A stretch of 22,059 nt of DNA, from positions 1-22,059 of the forward strand of contig JAQGDQ010001893.1 in NCBI GenBank assembly GCA_030141605.1, in the 5' to 3' direction. The notes beneath the pieces are model-generated. The model was not told where the DNA came from. It saw only the letters and a list, made by a program, of their open reading frames with translations, and did not search any database. The translations under genes were made by a program, and so were the position numbers. The stretch is from Tubiluchus corallicola (Eukaryota; Animalia; Priapulida). Each line of letters begins with the position of its first letter. Within the stretch, counting starts at the first letter, position 1. Shown in pieces: positions 1 through 10,653 of this stretch.

Positions 1-1273
1 ATGAGTGAATGAAAGAATGGTTAGGGTTAGTAGACATGATGGAATGGAAAAAATAGTAAGATTAGGGATAGGAAGAAGGAAGGGGGGAGGATGAGTGAAT
101 GAAAGAATGGTTAGGGTTAGTAGACATGATGGAATGGAAAAAATAGTAAGATTAGGGATAGGAAGAAGGAAGGGGGGAGGATGAGTGAATGAAAGAATGG
201 TTAGGGTCAGAAGAAATGATGGAATGGAAAAAAAATAGTAAGATTAGGGATAGGAAGAAAGAAGGGAGGGAAGGATGAGTGAATGAAAGAATGGTTAGGG
301 TCAGAAGAAATGATGGAATGGAAAAAAATAGTAAGATTAGGGATAGGAAGAAGGAAGGGAGGGAAGGATGAGTGAATGAAAGAATGGTTAGGGTCAGAAG
401 AAATGATGGAATGAAAAAAATAGTAAGATTAGGGATAGGAAGAAGGAAGGGAGGGGAGGATGAGTGAATGAAAGAATGGTTAGGGTCAGAAGAAATGATG
501 GAATGGAAAAAATAGTAAGATTAGGGATAGGAAGAAGGAAGGGAGGGGAGGATGAGTGAATGAAAGAATGGTTAGGGTCAGAAGAAATGATGGAATGGAA
601 AAAATAGTAAGATTAGGGATAGGAAGAAGGAAGGGAGGGGAGGATGAGTGAATGAAAGAATGGTTAGGGTCAGAAGAAATGATGGAATGGAAAAAATAGT
701 AAGATTAGGGATAGGAAGAAGGAAGGGAGGGAAGGATGAGTGAATGAAAGAATGGTTAGGGTCAGAAGAAATGATGGAATGGAAAAAATAGTAAGATTAG
801 GGATAGGAAGAAGGAAGGGAGGGAAGGATGAGTGAATGAAAGAATGGTTAGGGTCAGAAGAAATGATGGAATGGAAAAAATAGTAAGATTAGGGATAGGA
901 AGAAGGAAGGGAGGGAAGGATGAGTGAATGAAAGAATGGTTAGGGTCAGAAGAAATGATGGAATGGAAAAAATAGTAAGATTAGGGATAGGAAGAAGGAA
1001 GGGAGGGGAGGATGAGTGAATGAAAGAATGGTTAGGGTCAGAAGAAATGATGGAATGGAAAAATAGTAAGATTAGGGATAGGAAGAAGGAAGGGACGGAA
1101 GGATGAGTGAATGAAAGAATGGTTAGGGTTAGTAGACATGATGGAATGGAAAAATAGTAAGATTAGGGATAGGAAGAAGGAAGGGAGGGGAGGATGAGCA
1201 AATGAAAGAATGGTTAGGGTCAGTAGACATGATGGAATGGAAAAATAGTAAGATTAGGGATAGGAAGAAGGAA
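1..1273. repeat. ~92-bp minisatellite, ~14 copies, truncated by the window edge; lies in SEPSECS intron 3
   Basis: ATGAGTGAATGAAAGAATGGTTAGGG... recurs at 1, 91, 181, 275, 368, 460 ... 1194. The + strand is purine-rich, with two TTAGGG per monomer. Confidence 0.97.
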
Positions 1274-1718
1274 AAGAGGAGAAGAAATGACCACAGTGTA
1301 TGCTTAATTTACATAGAGCTATATTAAAATAGCATTATAATTGATTGGAGGCCATGTATTGCGACTGCATGAGACATGAGACACTTAAACATTAACTCAT
1401 TAAATGCACGGAACGTCATCGTTGTTATCGCCGTTGCTACCTACCTGACAATGATTATCTACGTATCTATCTAACTACCTGTCAACAACAGGCCACCATT
1501 GTTTTGATGCTAGGAATTTCTCCGGCACCATAAATGTGTCTAATTCTCTGTTGTCAAAATATGTTTAGTTCAAGGTTTTTAAGAAAAAACTGCTGGACTA
1601 TTGGACTTACTCGAGTACAGTGGTTGTACTGGAAATTTTGCATTAGCGATACTTAGCAGCCTTCTCTTGTTGTCTGCTTTGGCCACCTTGTGGCGATTTT
1701 TAGCCCTGATCACATGAT

Positions 1719-1719
<1 letters not shown>

Positions 1720-1785
<66 letters not shown>
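1720..1785. repeat. (CA)n microsatellite
   Basis: About 33 CA units with one TA interruption. Confidence 0.98.
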
Positions 1786-2308
1786 TAGCCTATACCCTAG
1801 GACCCCAAAGTTTGAGGAAAAAGTGTATACTTTTATATTCATGTAGAGGGCGCATTTTATAACACGCCACAGTCAGTTACTTATCACTTCTTCTATATAA
1901 GTGCCACGTTACGAACAGGTGGAAGGTACTACACTATGATCTGGCCTGACCTGGTTGAGTGGACTGAATTTTGCGAACACAAGTGAGTTTATACGGTATG
2001 GAAATATTGTCGAGTTGTGTGTTTTGAAAGCTCATGACTTGGGGGAAATAATGTATGTACATTCATTCATTACTTTTAAAATTACTTATTTAGTTAAATT
2101 ACAAATTAGTCAAAAATTACTGCAATGCCGTGGTGTAAAAACTGCTAAATTATGTATAATTATTGATCTTTTGGTTATCGGTATTTTTTGGCAAAAACCT
2201 TTTATTGTTTAGATGGAATGACGTGTTTTTGGGAAGAAAAGACAAGAAAGAGCAAAATTTATTAATCGAGGCTTCGAATTTTAATTTGGTTTTTAAAAGC
2301 CCAAACAG

Positions 2309-2817
2309 CAGGCATGAGAATGACAAATTGCAAAAAGCTCTGAAACAGGCCGGAGGTTTGGGGACCGCATAGGCCCCCATGGGGATTCAAGGGGGCGAAG
2401 CAACAAATTGCAATTTTGTGACCATAGAGAACCTCTAACTGGACTTAAAATATCAATTACCTTGTTTCATGCATAATTTAAAATACCCAACTATCAAGGA
2501 TACATGATACCTAATTGTCTCAAAAACGCCTAAGTACTGGCCGCTCCTATGCAAAAGTATATAAAAACTGTCTGTAATTGACTCAAATAACTCTGTACAA
2601 TTGATTCTATATTTTTATACATAGAGATATACACGTGGTTACACTGATGTACGTGATGTAAACAAAGTGACGGCCTGCCAACTAGCGGTCAGCATGTGAA
2701 ATAATGTACTGGGTCCGCAAAAATTTTCTCAACGAATTTACGCGATTTACAAAAATGGCACTACTGGTCTTCCAAAAACTCGGAATTCCGCGTATCTGCG
2801 GAAAATTCTCATCCCTG
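2309..2817. mobile_element. Non-autonomous DNA transposon (MITE) with CAGG termini and a 6-bp TSD, probably hAT-related
   Basis: Left end CAGGCATGAGAAT; right end ATTCTCATCCCTG (reverse complement CAGGGATGAGAAT, 12/13 match). AAACAG lies directly on both flanks (2303-2308 and 2818-2823). No transposase ORF. Confidence 0.75.
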
Positions 2818-3123
2818 AAACAGAGGTTCCTGCCCATTTACTAGCCAAGTACCTTTTCGTAATTCAACAATGTGGCGCTCTACCCCTTAACATTTTTAGC
2901 AACGTGAGTTTCAATTTTACATTTTTTACTACCGTGATTTAAATATACAAGCAAAACAGGTAAACAAAACGGCAAGTTCAAGAACAAAATCCAAGAAAAA
3001 AGACGAAGAGGATGTCAAATCAGAAGACGAATTTGCAGTCGAACTGTGAAGGGGCCTCAATGGCCGCCTCGTTGACGCTCGGGCTTCTCCGAAAACCATC
3101 AACCTCGCCTGTCATCATTCACC

Positions 3124-3220
3124 AATAATAATAATAATAATAATGATAATAATAATAATAATAATAATAATAGTAATAATGATAATAATAATAAAAATAA
3201 TAATAATAATAGTAATAATG

Positions 3221-3255
<35 letters not shown>
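3124..3255. repeat. (AAT)n microsatellite, imperfect
   Basis: AAT run with GAT/AGT interruptions; source of the poly-Leu ORF 3099..3281. Confidence 0.98.
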
Positions 3256-3577
3256 CTCGGCTTTTCGGTCACAATTGACATTAGCTCAAAGAGCTATTAT
3301 CGCCGACTGTAAATAACAACCTACAACTACATAACAGAGACTATTATTACCCCACTTTTACCCTAAATACCATTTTTAAGGTACACCACACAGCTTTTGC
3401 GTGCTCCTAGCCCAGCTGTTTCGTACCCCCAAGGGCTACTAACACCCCAGGTAAGGAACCACTACTCTAGTATGTTCATGAGCGTCCTCTTGAACACCTT
3501 TCACAGCCAATTGAACAATAACGGCCGCTCAAACAGTTCTGAGGAAAAGAAATTAAAAGAAAATGTGCATGGCTTAC

Positions 3578-3696
3578 CACATTGGCGTAGAACATCAAGT
3601 ATCAGACTGTTGGTCACAGACATCAGAATACTGGAACCGGCAGCTTTTGGTTGAATAGCAGCAATATCACCAGATCGTCCAACGCCATGCCCGAGC
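3578..3696 (-). CDS. SEPSECS: SEPSECS coding exon 3 (119 nt)
   Basis: ttag|G...GTG|GTAAGC. Translates (R)[39 protein letters not shown](G), matching the conserved SepSec[21 protein letters not shown] motif. Phase-compatible with exon 2. Confidence 0.96.
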
Positions 3697-3834
3697 CTAA
3701 TTTAACAGAATTATCCAGAGTTATAATAAGATAGCTATTGTTAAGGTATGAATCCATGTGTGCGTGATGCATGATGCGTGATGTGTGATTCGTAATCGGT
3801 ATACAATATTCAGTTTGTATTTCAAAATGCAGAA

Positions 3835-6772
3835 ATACTCTCACCTATACTGTTCTCTTACCTGTACGATACTCTCAGCTGTTCCACATTCTTTTCTCTA
3901 CCGTATTCTAACCTGTACCGCACTCTCACCTGTACCGCACTCTCACCTGTATTGTAGGCTCACCTGTACCGCACTCTCACCTGTATTGTAGGCTCACCTG
4001 TACTGCACTCTCACCTGTATTGTAGGCTCACCTGTACCGTACTCTATTGTAGGCTCACCTGTACCGCACTCTCACCTGTACCGCACTCTCACCTGTATTG
4101 TAGGCTCACCTGTACCGCACTCTCACCTGTATTGTAGGCTCACCTGTACCGCACTCTCACCTGTATTGTAGAATCACCTGTACCGTATTCTCACCTGTAT
4201 TGTAGGCTCACCTGTACCGCATTCTCACCTATACTGTTCTCTTACCTGTAACGCACTCTCACCTGTATTGTAGGCTCACCTGTACCGCACTCTCACCTAT
4301 ACTGTTCTCTTACCTGTAACGCACTCTCACCTGTATTGTAGGCTCACCTGTACTGCACTCTCACCTATACTGTTCTCTTACCTGTAACGCACTCTCACCT
4401 GTATTGTAGGCTCACCTGTACCGCATTCTCACCTATACTGTTCTCTTACCTGTAACACACTCTCACCTGTATTGTAGGCTCACCTGTACCGCACTCTCAC
4501 CTGTATTGTAGGCTCACCTGTACCGTACTCTATTGTAGGCTCACCTGTACCGCACTCTCACCTGTACCGCACTCTCACCTGTTTTGTAGGCTCACCTGTA
4601 CCGCACTCTCACCTGTATTGTAGGCTCACCTGTACCGTACTCTATTGTAGGCTCACCTGTACCGCACTCTCACCTGTACCGCACTCTCACCTGTATTGTA
4701 GGCTCACCTGTACCGCACTCTCACCTGTATTGTAGGCTCACCTGTACCGCACTCTCACCTCTATTGTAGAATCACCTGTACCGTATTCTCACCTGTATTG
4801 TAGGCTCACCTGTACCGCATTCTCACCTATACTGTTCTCTTACCTGTAACGCACTCTCACCTGTATTGTAGGCTCACCTGTACCGCACTCTCACCTATAC
4901 TGTTCTCTTACCTGTAACGCACTCTCACCTGTATTGTAGGCTCACCTGTACTGCACTCTCACCTATACTGTTCTCTTACCTGTAACGCACTCTCACCTGT
5001 ATTGTAGGCTCACCTGTACCGCATTCTCACCTATACTGTTCTCTTACCTGTAACACACTCTCACCTGTATTGTAGGCTCACCTGTACCGCACTCTCACCT
5101 GTATTGTAGGCTCACCTGTACCGTACTCTATTGTAGGCTCACCTGTACCGCACTCTCACCTGTACCGCACTGTACCACACTCTCACCTGTTTTGTAGGCT
5201 CACCTGTACCGCACTCTCACCTGTATTGTAGGCTCACCTGTACCGCACTCTCACCTGTATTGTAGGCTCACCTGTACCGCACTCTCACCTGTATTGTAGG
5301 CTCACCTGTACCGTATTCTCACCTGTATTGTAGGCTCACCTGTACCGCATTCTCACCTATACTGTTCTCTTACCTGTAACGCACTCTCACCTGTATTGTA
5401 GGCTCACCTGTACCGCACTCTCACCTATACTGTTCTCTTACCTGTAACGCACTCTCACCTGTATTGTAGGCTCACCTGTACTGCACTCTCACCTATACTG
5501 TTCTCTTACCTGTAACGCACTCTCACCTGTATTGTAGGCTCACCTGTACCGCATTCTCACCTATACTGTTCTCTTACCTGTAACACACTCTCACCTGTAT
5601 TGTAGGCTCACCTGTACCGCACTCTCACCTATACTGTTCTCTTACCTGTAACGCACTCTCACCTGTATTGTAGGCTCACCTGTACTGCACTCTCACCTAT
5701 ACTGTTCTCTTACCTGTAACGCACTCTCACCTGTATTGTAGGCTCACCTGTACCGCATTCTCACGTATACTGTTCTCTTACCTGTAACACACTCTCACCT
5801 GTATTGTAGGCTCACCTGTACCGCACTCTCACCTATACTGTTCTCTTACCTGTAATGCACTCTCACCTGTATTGTAGGCTCACCTGTACTGCACTCTCAC
5901 CTGTATTGTAGGCTCACCTGTACCGCACTCTCACCTGTACCGCACTCTCACCTGTACTGTTCTCTTACCTGTAACGCACTCTCACCTGTATTGCACTCTC
6001 ACCTGTATTGTAGGCTCACCTGTACCGCACTCTCACCTGTACCGTACTCTCACCTGTATTGCACTCTCACCTGTATTGTAGGCTCACCTGTAACACACTC
6101 TCACCTGTACTGTTCTCTTACCTGTACTGCACTCTCACCTGTATTGTAGGCTCACCTGTACCGCACTCTCACCTGTATTGTAGGCTCACCTGTACCGCAC
6201 TCTCACCTGTATTGTAGGCTCACCTGTACCGCACTCTCACCTGTATTGTAGGCTCACCTGTACCACACTCTCACCTATACTGTTCTCTTACCTGTACCAT
6301 ACTCTCACCTGTACTGTAGGCTCACCTGTACCGCACTCTCACCTATACTGTAGCCTCACCTGTACTGCACTCTCACCTGTACTGTTCTCTTACCTGTACC
6401 ATACTCTCACCTATACTGTAAGCTCACCTGTACCGCACTCTCACCTATACTGTAGGCTCACTTGTACCGCACTCTCACATGTATTGTAAGCTCACCTGTA
6501 CCGCAATCTCACCTATACTGTTCTCTTACCTGTACTGCACTCTCACCTGTACTGTAGGCTCACCTGTACTGTACTCTCACCTGTACTGTTCTCTTACCTG
6601 TACCGTACTCTCACCTGTATTGCACTCTCACCTGTACTGTAGGCTCACCTGTACCGTACTCTCACCTGTATTGCACTCTCACCTGTACTGTAGGCTCACC
6701 TGTACCACACTCTCACCTATACTGTTCTCTTACCTGTACTGCACTCTCACCTGTACCATACTCTCACCTGTA
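3835..6772. repeat. 17-bp-monomer minisatellite (~170 monomers, with higher-order repeats) filling SEPSECS intron 2
   Basis: Monomers CTCACCTGTATTGTAGG / CTCACCTGTACCGCACT / CTCACCTATACTGTTCT / CTTACCTGTAACGCACT. The terminal copy overlaps the exon 2 donor. Confidence 0.97.
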
Positions 6773-6922
6773 GTGTCGTCTGGCTACCACGTCAGAGAAT
6801 ATCCGACCTTCACGCTCACCGACGCCGCAGTTGCCAGGAAAATTGTTGCTGTCCATCAGGGATAACTGCTGCAGTGCCATTTCAATAGTGGAATCATCCC
6901 AGCCCTCTTCTGGTAACTTCCT
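6768..6922 (-). CDS. SEPSECS: SEPSECS coding exon 2 (155 nt)
   Basis: actaccag|AGG...TACAG|GTGAGA. Translates [51 protein letters not shown](R), with the diagnostic SepSecS MDSNNF[12 protein letters not shown] and ARRHY motifs. Confidence 0.97.
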
Positions 6923-7025
6923 CTGGTAGTTAATAAAAAATGTGGTATCTTAATAATGCATAGCTCTGTGTTTTTTTTGCTTAGGATGTATCGAAAAAAT
7001 TGAATTTGATGCCAAATAGCTTTAA

Positions 7026-7072
7026 AGAGAGGGAGAGAGTCTGTCCTGATCGTGCACTGTTAAAGAGAGGGT

Positions 7073-7143
<71 letters not shown>

Positions 7144-7168
7144 CCTGTCCTGATCGTGCACTGTTAAC
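7026..7168. repeat. (GA)n microsatellite between two copies of a short direct repeat
   Basis: GAGAGAG(T/C)CTGTCCTGATCGTGCACTGTTAA occurs twice, on either side of an ~70-bp GA run. Confidence 0.92.
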
Positions 7169-7581
7169 ACTAATTTACTGCAGTCAGAAAGGATGCATTA
7201 CGCTTAAACCTTAGTGGGTATTGATTGATTTGCTCTTACCTGTGATTTTGCATTAATTGTGCTGTGAAAATAATCCAGTCAAAAATAGTCATTAGAGAAA
7301 TATAACGATTTGTATAAATTGTGGCCACACTAATAATACACTTTATTAACAAAATTCAAATTTAACTGTTACACTTTACATTTCAAATTAAGTTACAAAT
7401 CATAACAAAAATAATCACATAATTCACAGCACTTTAAATGAATAATCTCACATATAGGCCTATATGAAAAACAAGAAAAAGGGGAGCACCTTTTGTGATA
7501 CCTGCTGATAGGTGGTCACAGATCAGGGGTGACACTTCCTTTTTATAGCCAAGGTTAACTAAACGCATGGTTACACATGCA

Positions 7582-7713
7582 TGAACGAAGCATACGATCT
7601 AAATAATATAGTAAGGTCACCAAAGAAGCCAGGTTTGGTTTAAATCGTGAACGAAGCATACGATCTAAATAATATTGTAAGGCCACCAAAGAAGCCAGGC
7701 TTGGTTTAAAGCG
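7582..7713. repeat. Two-copy 66-bp tandem duplication
   Basis: TGAACGAAGCATACGATCTAAATAATAT...GGTTTAAA starts at 7582 and again at 7648. Confidence 0.92.
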
Positions 7714-8386
7714 GATTTCCGACAGGATGCAAGATATTAGGGTCGTCATTCAATGGAGGAACATAGTCTAATTACATGGTCATTTCACTGATACATTCCA
7801 ACTACATAGATTCTTTATCATTAAACGATTTGAAACATCTTGTAATCGGCACAGTTTAATGCACATTTCTGTGCACAATTTTTGTGAAAAAGGCTTTTGT
7901 CAATAAATGTAGCAGCAAACCAAACTCCTTTAGTGGCACAAACAGTTTATTATTGACTGTCTTTTCTGTACAGTACGTTGTGACTACTAGATCAAAACTT
8001 GTAACAGCTCAAATCAGTTGAAACTGGTTAACCCTTGGGTAATGCATATCAGAAATCAGTCAGGTGAGAAAATGATTCACTGTAGTCTAACTTGCTGTAA
8101 AGTTATAATGTTGCTAAAGTTTATAAAGTTCATAAACAAACTCGTGAATCAGTTCACGACAATTTTTGAACAAATTATTAGCCTTTTCACTGCAGAACAA
8201 AATCAAGTAATATGCATGATCTTTGTGCACCAGCATTTTATTAATGATTCAAAAATCTTTAAAACTGAATTCGATTCGATTCGGTTTGGAAAATCTGAAA
8301 ATTTGGTGTTATTCAAGTTCGAAATTCACAATCTGTTTGAGAATGCTAACTCCTGGCATAAAGCCACATAAATGGATTACCTATAC

Positions 8387-8755
8387 CAGGGGTGTGCAAA
8401 TTATCTGACTAGCCGAGCCACATTAAACTTTCCCGCAATTCCTGCGGGCCACATGCAGTTTGGTCAAGGAGCCAAGTACAGTAGGACCTAATAACGATTT
8501 TTTTTTGCATCTGATTTGCGCACATCATTACTACTGCACTCAAGAAACTATTTTAGAAGTTATTAAAATTTATATTACAAACCATATATTTCGTCATGTT
8601 CGGCAGTGACATTAACTGACAACGGTCTTGTAAGGGTTAATGCCATCCGATCTAGAGGAAAAAACTACCCGCACTATCTTTGCGATATTGGCGCAGACTT
8701 CAGCTGGATCGCATGGGCCGCAAGTGGCCCGTGGGCCGCAGTTTGCACACCCCTG
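8387..8755. mobile_element. hAT (Charlie-like) MITE, 369 bp, in SEPSECS intron 1
   Basis: 14-bp perfect TIRs CAGGGGTGTGCAAA / TTTGCACACCCCTG. 8-bp TSD ACCTATAC / ACCTACAC (7/8). Subterminal GGGCCGCA motifs. A related copy lies at 20636-21010. Confidence 0.9.
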
Positions 8756-8802
8756 ACCTACACAATCAAATTATGCTGCCACATTGAACCCTACAAATGT
8801 AC

Positions 8803-9275
8803 TTATCTGCAGCATCACCGTTTAATTTTAATATACTAATCTACTGCCAAAGCAGACAACAAGAGGCTGTTAAATTTCCTAGTACATAACTTGTAAGACT
8901 AATAAGCAAGCTAGCAAGTTTTTGTTTTTTTCCTCATCTCCTAAGAAATTGTTGCTCTTTCTCACACTTACTTTTTCTCATGAATTTTTCTATACGTCAG
9001 TCTTTTTTCATGCTTATTTTTCTCATACTCTCAGTTTTTAACTTTACTCACTAACCTTGGTCAAATTCCCCTGTTAATAAGACCCCATTTGAAACTACTA
9101 CATATAATAATCCTAATTACAGAATAATTGTATTGTTTCGTTTAGATTTTGGTATTTAACTTTATTAGTTTTTGTTTTCAGTTCTTTTTTTGATAATTTG
9201 TATCATTTGTACTATTTTTATTTTTTTGTTTTGTTATCTGCAGCATCACCGTTAATGTTTAATATATTAATCTAT
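8803..9275. repeat. Pair of ~40-bp direct repeats about 430 bp apart
   Basis: TTATCTGCAGCATCACCGTT...AATATA(C/T)TAATCTA near 8803 and 9234. Confidence 0.8.
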
Positions 9276-9375
9276 CTATAAGAAAGGATAGGAGACTAGA
9301 TGACCCTATGGTCCATCCCCCTGCACTGCTCCGTGAAGTAGCGAGGGAACGCTGTAGTTAGTTTTTTTTACTTAC

Positions 9376-9495
9376 CTGCTCTAGAAGGTGGCCTACAAGA
9401 CGAACACGAGACTGAATTGACTGCACACCTTGTTGAATATAAGTCGACGGAATGTATCTTTCACAAGAAGAAAACAGAGAATTGTCTTGAGCCAT
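9376..9495 (-). CDS. SEPSECS: SEPSECS coding exon 1 (120 nt)
   Basis: ATG at 9495 to CAG|GTAAGT. MAQDNSLFSSCERYIPSTYIQQGVQSIQSRVRLVGHLLEQ aligns by eye with the SepSecS N-terminus (ERLVSPAYVRQG...LIRLLLEK) and joins exon 2 in phase 0. Confidence 0.92.
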
Positions 9496-10028
9496 TATAT
9501 ATTTCCACAGATCCTACAACGATATCGTTAAAATGAATAGCATCACTTTTTTAGTTATTTAAGAAAAGATATTATTTGTTTTCCACTACTAAGAAGGAGT
9601 CTTCCGACACCCTACCAGAGAGGTAAAGAGTTGGTGGCAAATTTGCTAATCATATGATAACACTGTAGCTCTACTCCTCATTCATTCCATCATTGGTTGT
9701 TCTAGATGTAAAGGTAGACTTTATGCACCATTACTGATTGTTGTAGATGTACAGGCAAGTTATGTAATTATGACTTTGTTACTAACATCTAAACAGATGT
9801 GACTGACTAGGCGACAATATGGTCTTTCGTCACTCTGGTCATATTTATCTGTGTAATATGCAATAACATCATAACTACTGACTGTATTAAGTTTTTGAAG
9901 CTAAATGAATTTACTATTAATCAAAATATGGAGCATAAAATTAAAAAAATACGAAAGCCACATTGTGAAAAACAAACGAAGCAAAATGCTAAAATAGTAA
10001 ACTTACAGATCCTGTAATATAATACCTA

Positions 10029-10211
10029 ATGACAGAAAAAATAAAGTTACTTGCACCAACGCAATTCACTTTGCGACGAATGCCTGTGGGTGGCAATAAG
10101 AGAAACCTTCGCAACAAACGTAAACAGCGCTCTAAACGTGCAGCCACAAGGACCAGTTCTATTGACCCTGGAATTTCTGCACTGGATCTTGTAGCTGGTA
10201 GTTACCACTAG
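10029..10211 (+). other. Possible short exon/ORF, Lys/Arg-rich, divergent from SEPSECS; unassigned
   Basis: Locally higher GC than its flanks; peptide MPVGGNKRNLRNKRKQRSKR; weak donor G|GTAGTT at 10197. No convincing downstream exon found. Confidence 0.25.
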
Positions 10212-10653
10212 TACACTACAAAGACCAATCAATACACTAATTTTACCAACAAATTAACCGTTGCTATGACCGCGAAGAAAGTTAAACTTCTCTGATTGAA
10301 ATATCGATGACTAATGTGTACCCACTGGAGATGTGTGATTGTTAATCACTATGTGGTGCTAGTGAAGAGGCAAGTATAGACTTGAAAATTTAATTTGACA
10401 GGTCCGTTTAATAAACATTTACGCATGTTATTTAACCAACCATACGATTGCTCTGGTAGAAGTATGTGTGTGGAACTTTGTATACCATTATTTTGACGTA
10501 TTCTTGCGACTAGTCTCGTAAATAATGACAGTTTTTTATTTTATTCAAATTATGTGACAAATGGTTAAATCTAATTCTTGTGTTACCAGCTGTAAGGAGC
10601 AATGCTTGATTATAAAGGTTTACTTACTCACTTACTTACTGATAACCCCAGAG

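Noticed and set aside
3420-3470. Possible hAT terminal fragment (CCCCAGGTAAGGAACCACTA) that also looks like a plus-strand donor
   Set aside because: No partner TIR or TSD found, and no upstream exon; too degraded to call.
6764-6766. In-frame TGA right after SEPSECS exon 2 as a possible selenocysteine codon or autoregulatory sensor
   Set aside because: It is an automatic result of a phase-2 GTGAG donor. No SECIS element was identified, and SepSecS is not known to be a selenoprotein.
6479-6865. Plus-strand 128-aa ORF (and 3785..3991)
   Set aside because: Satellite translation plus the antisense of SEPSECS exon 2.
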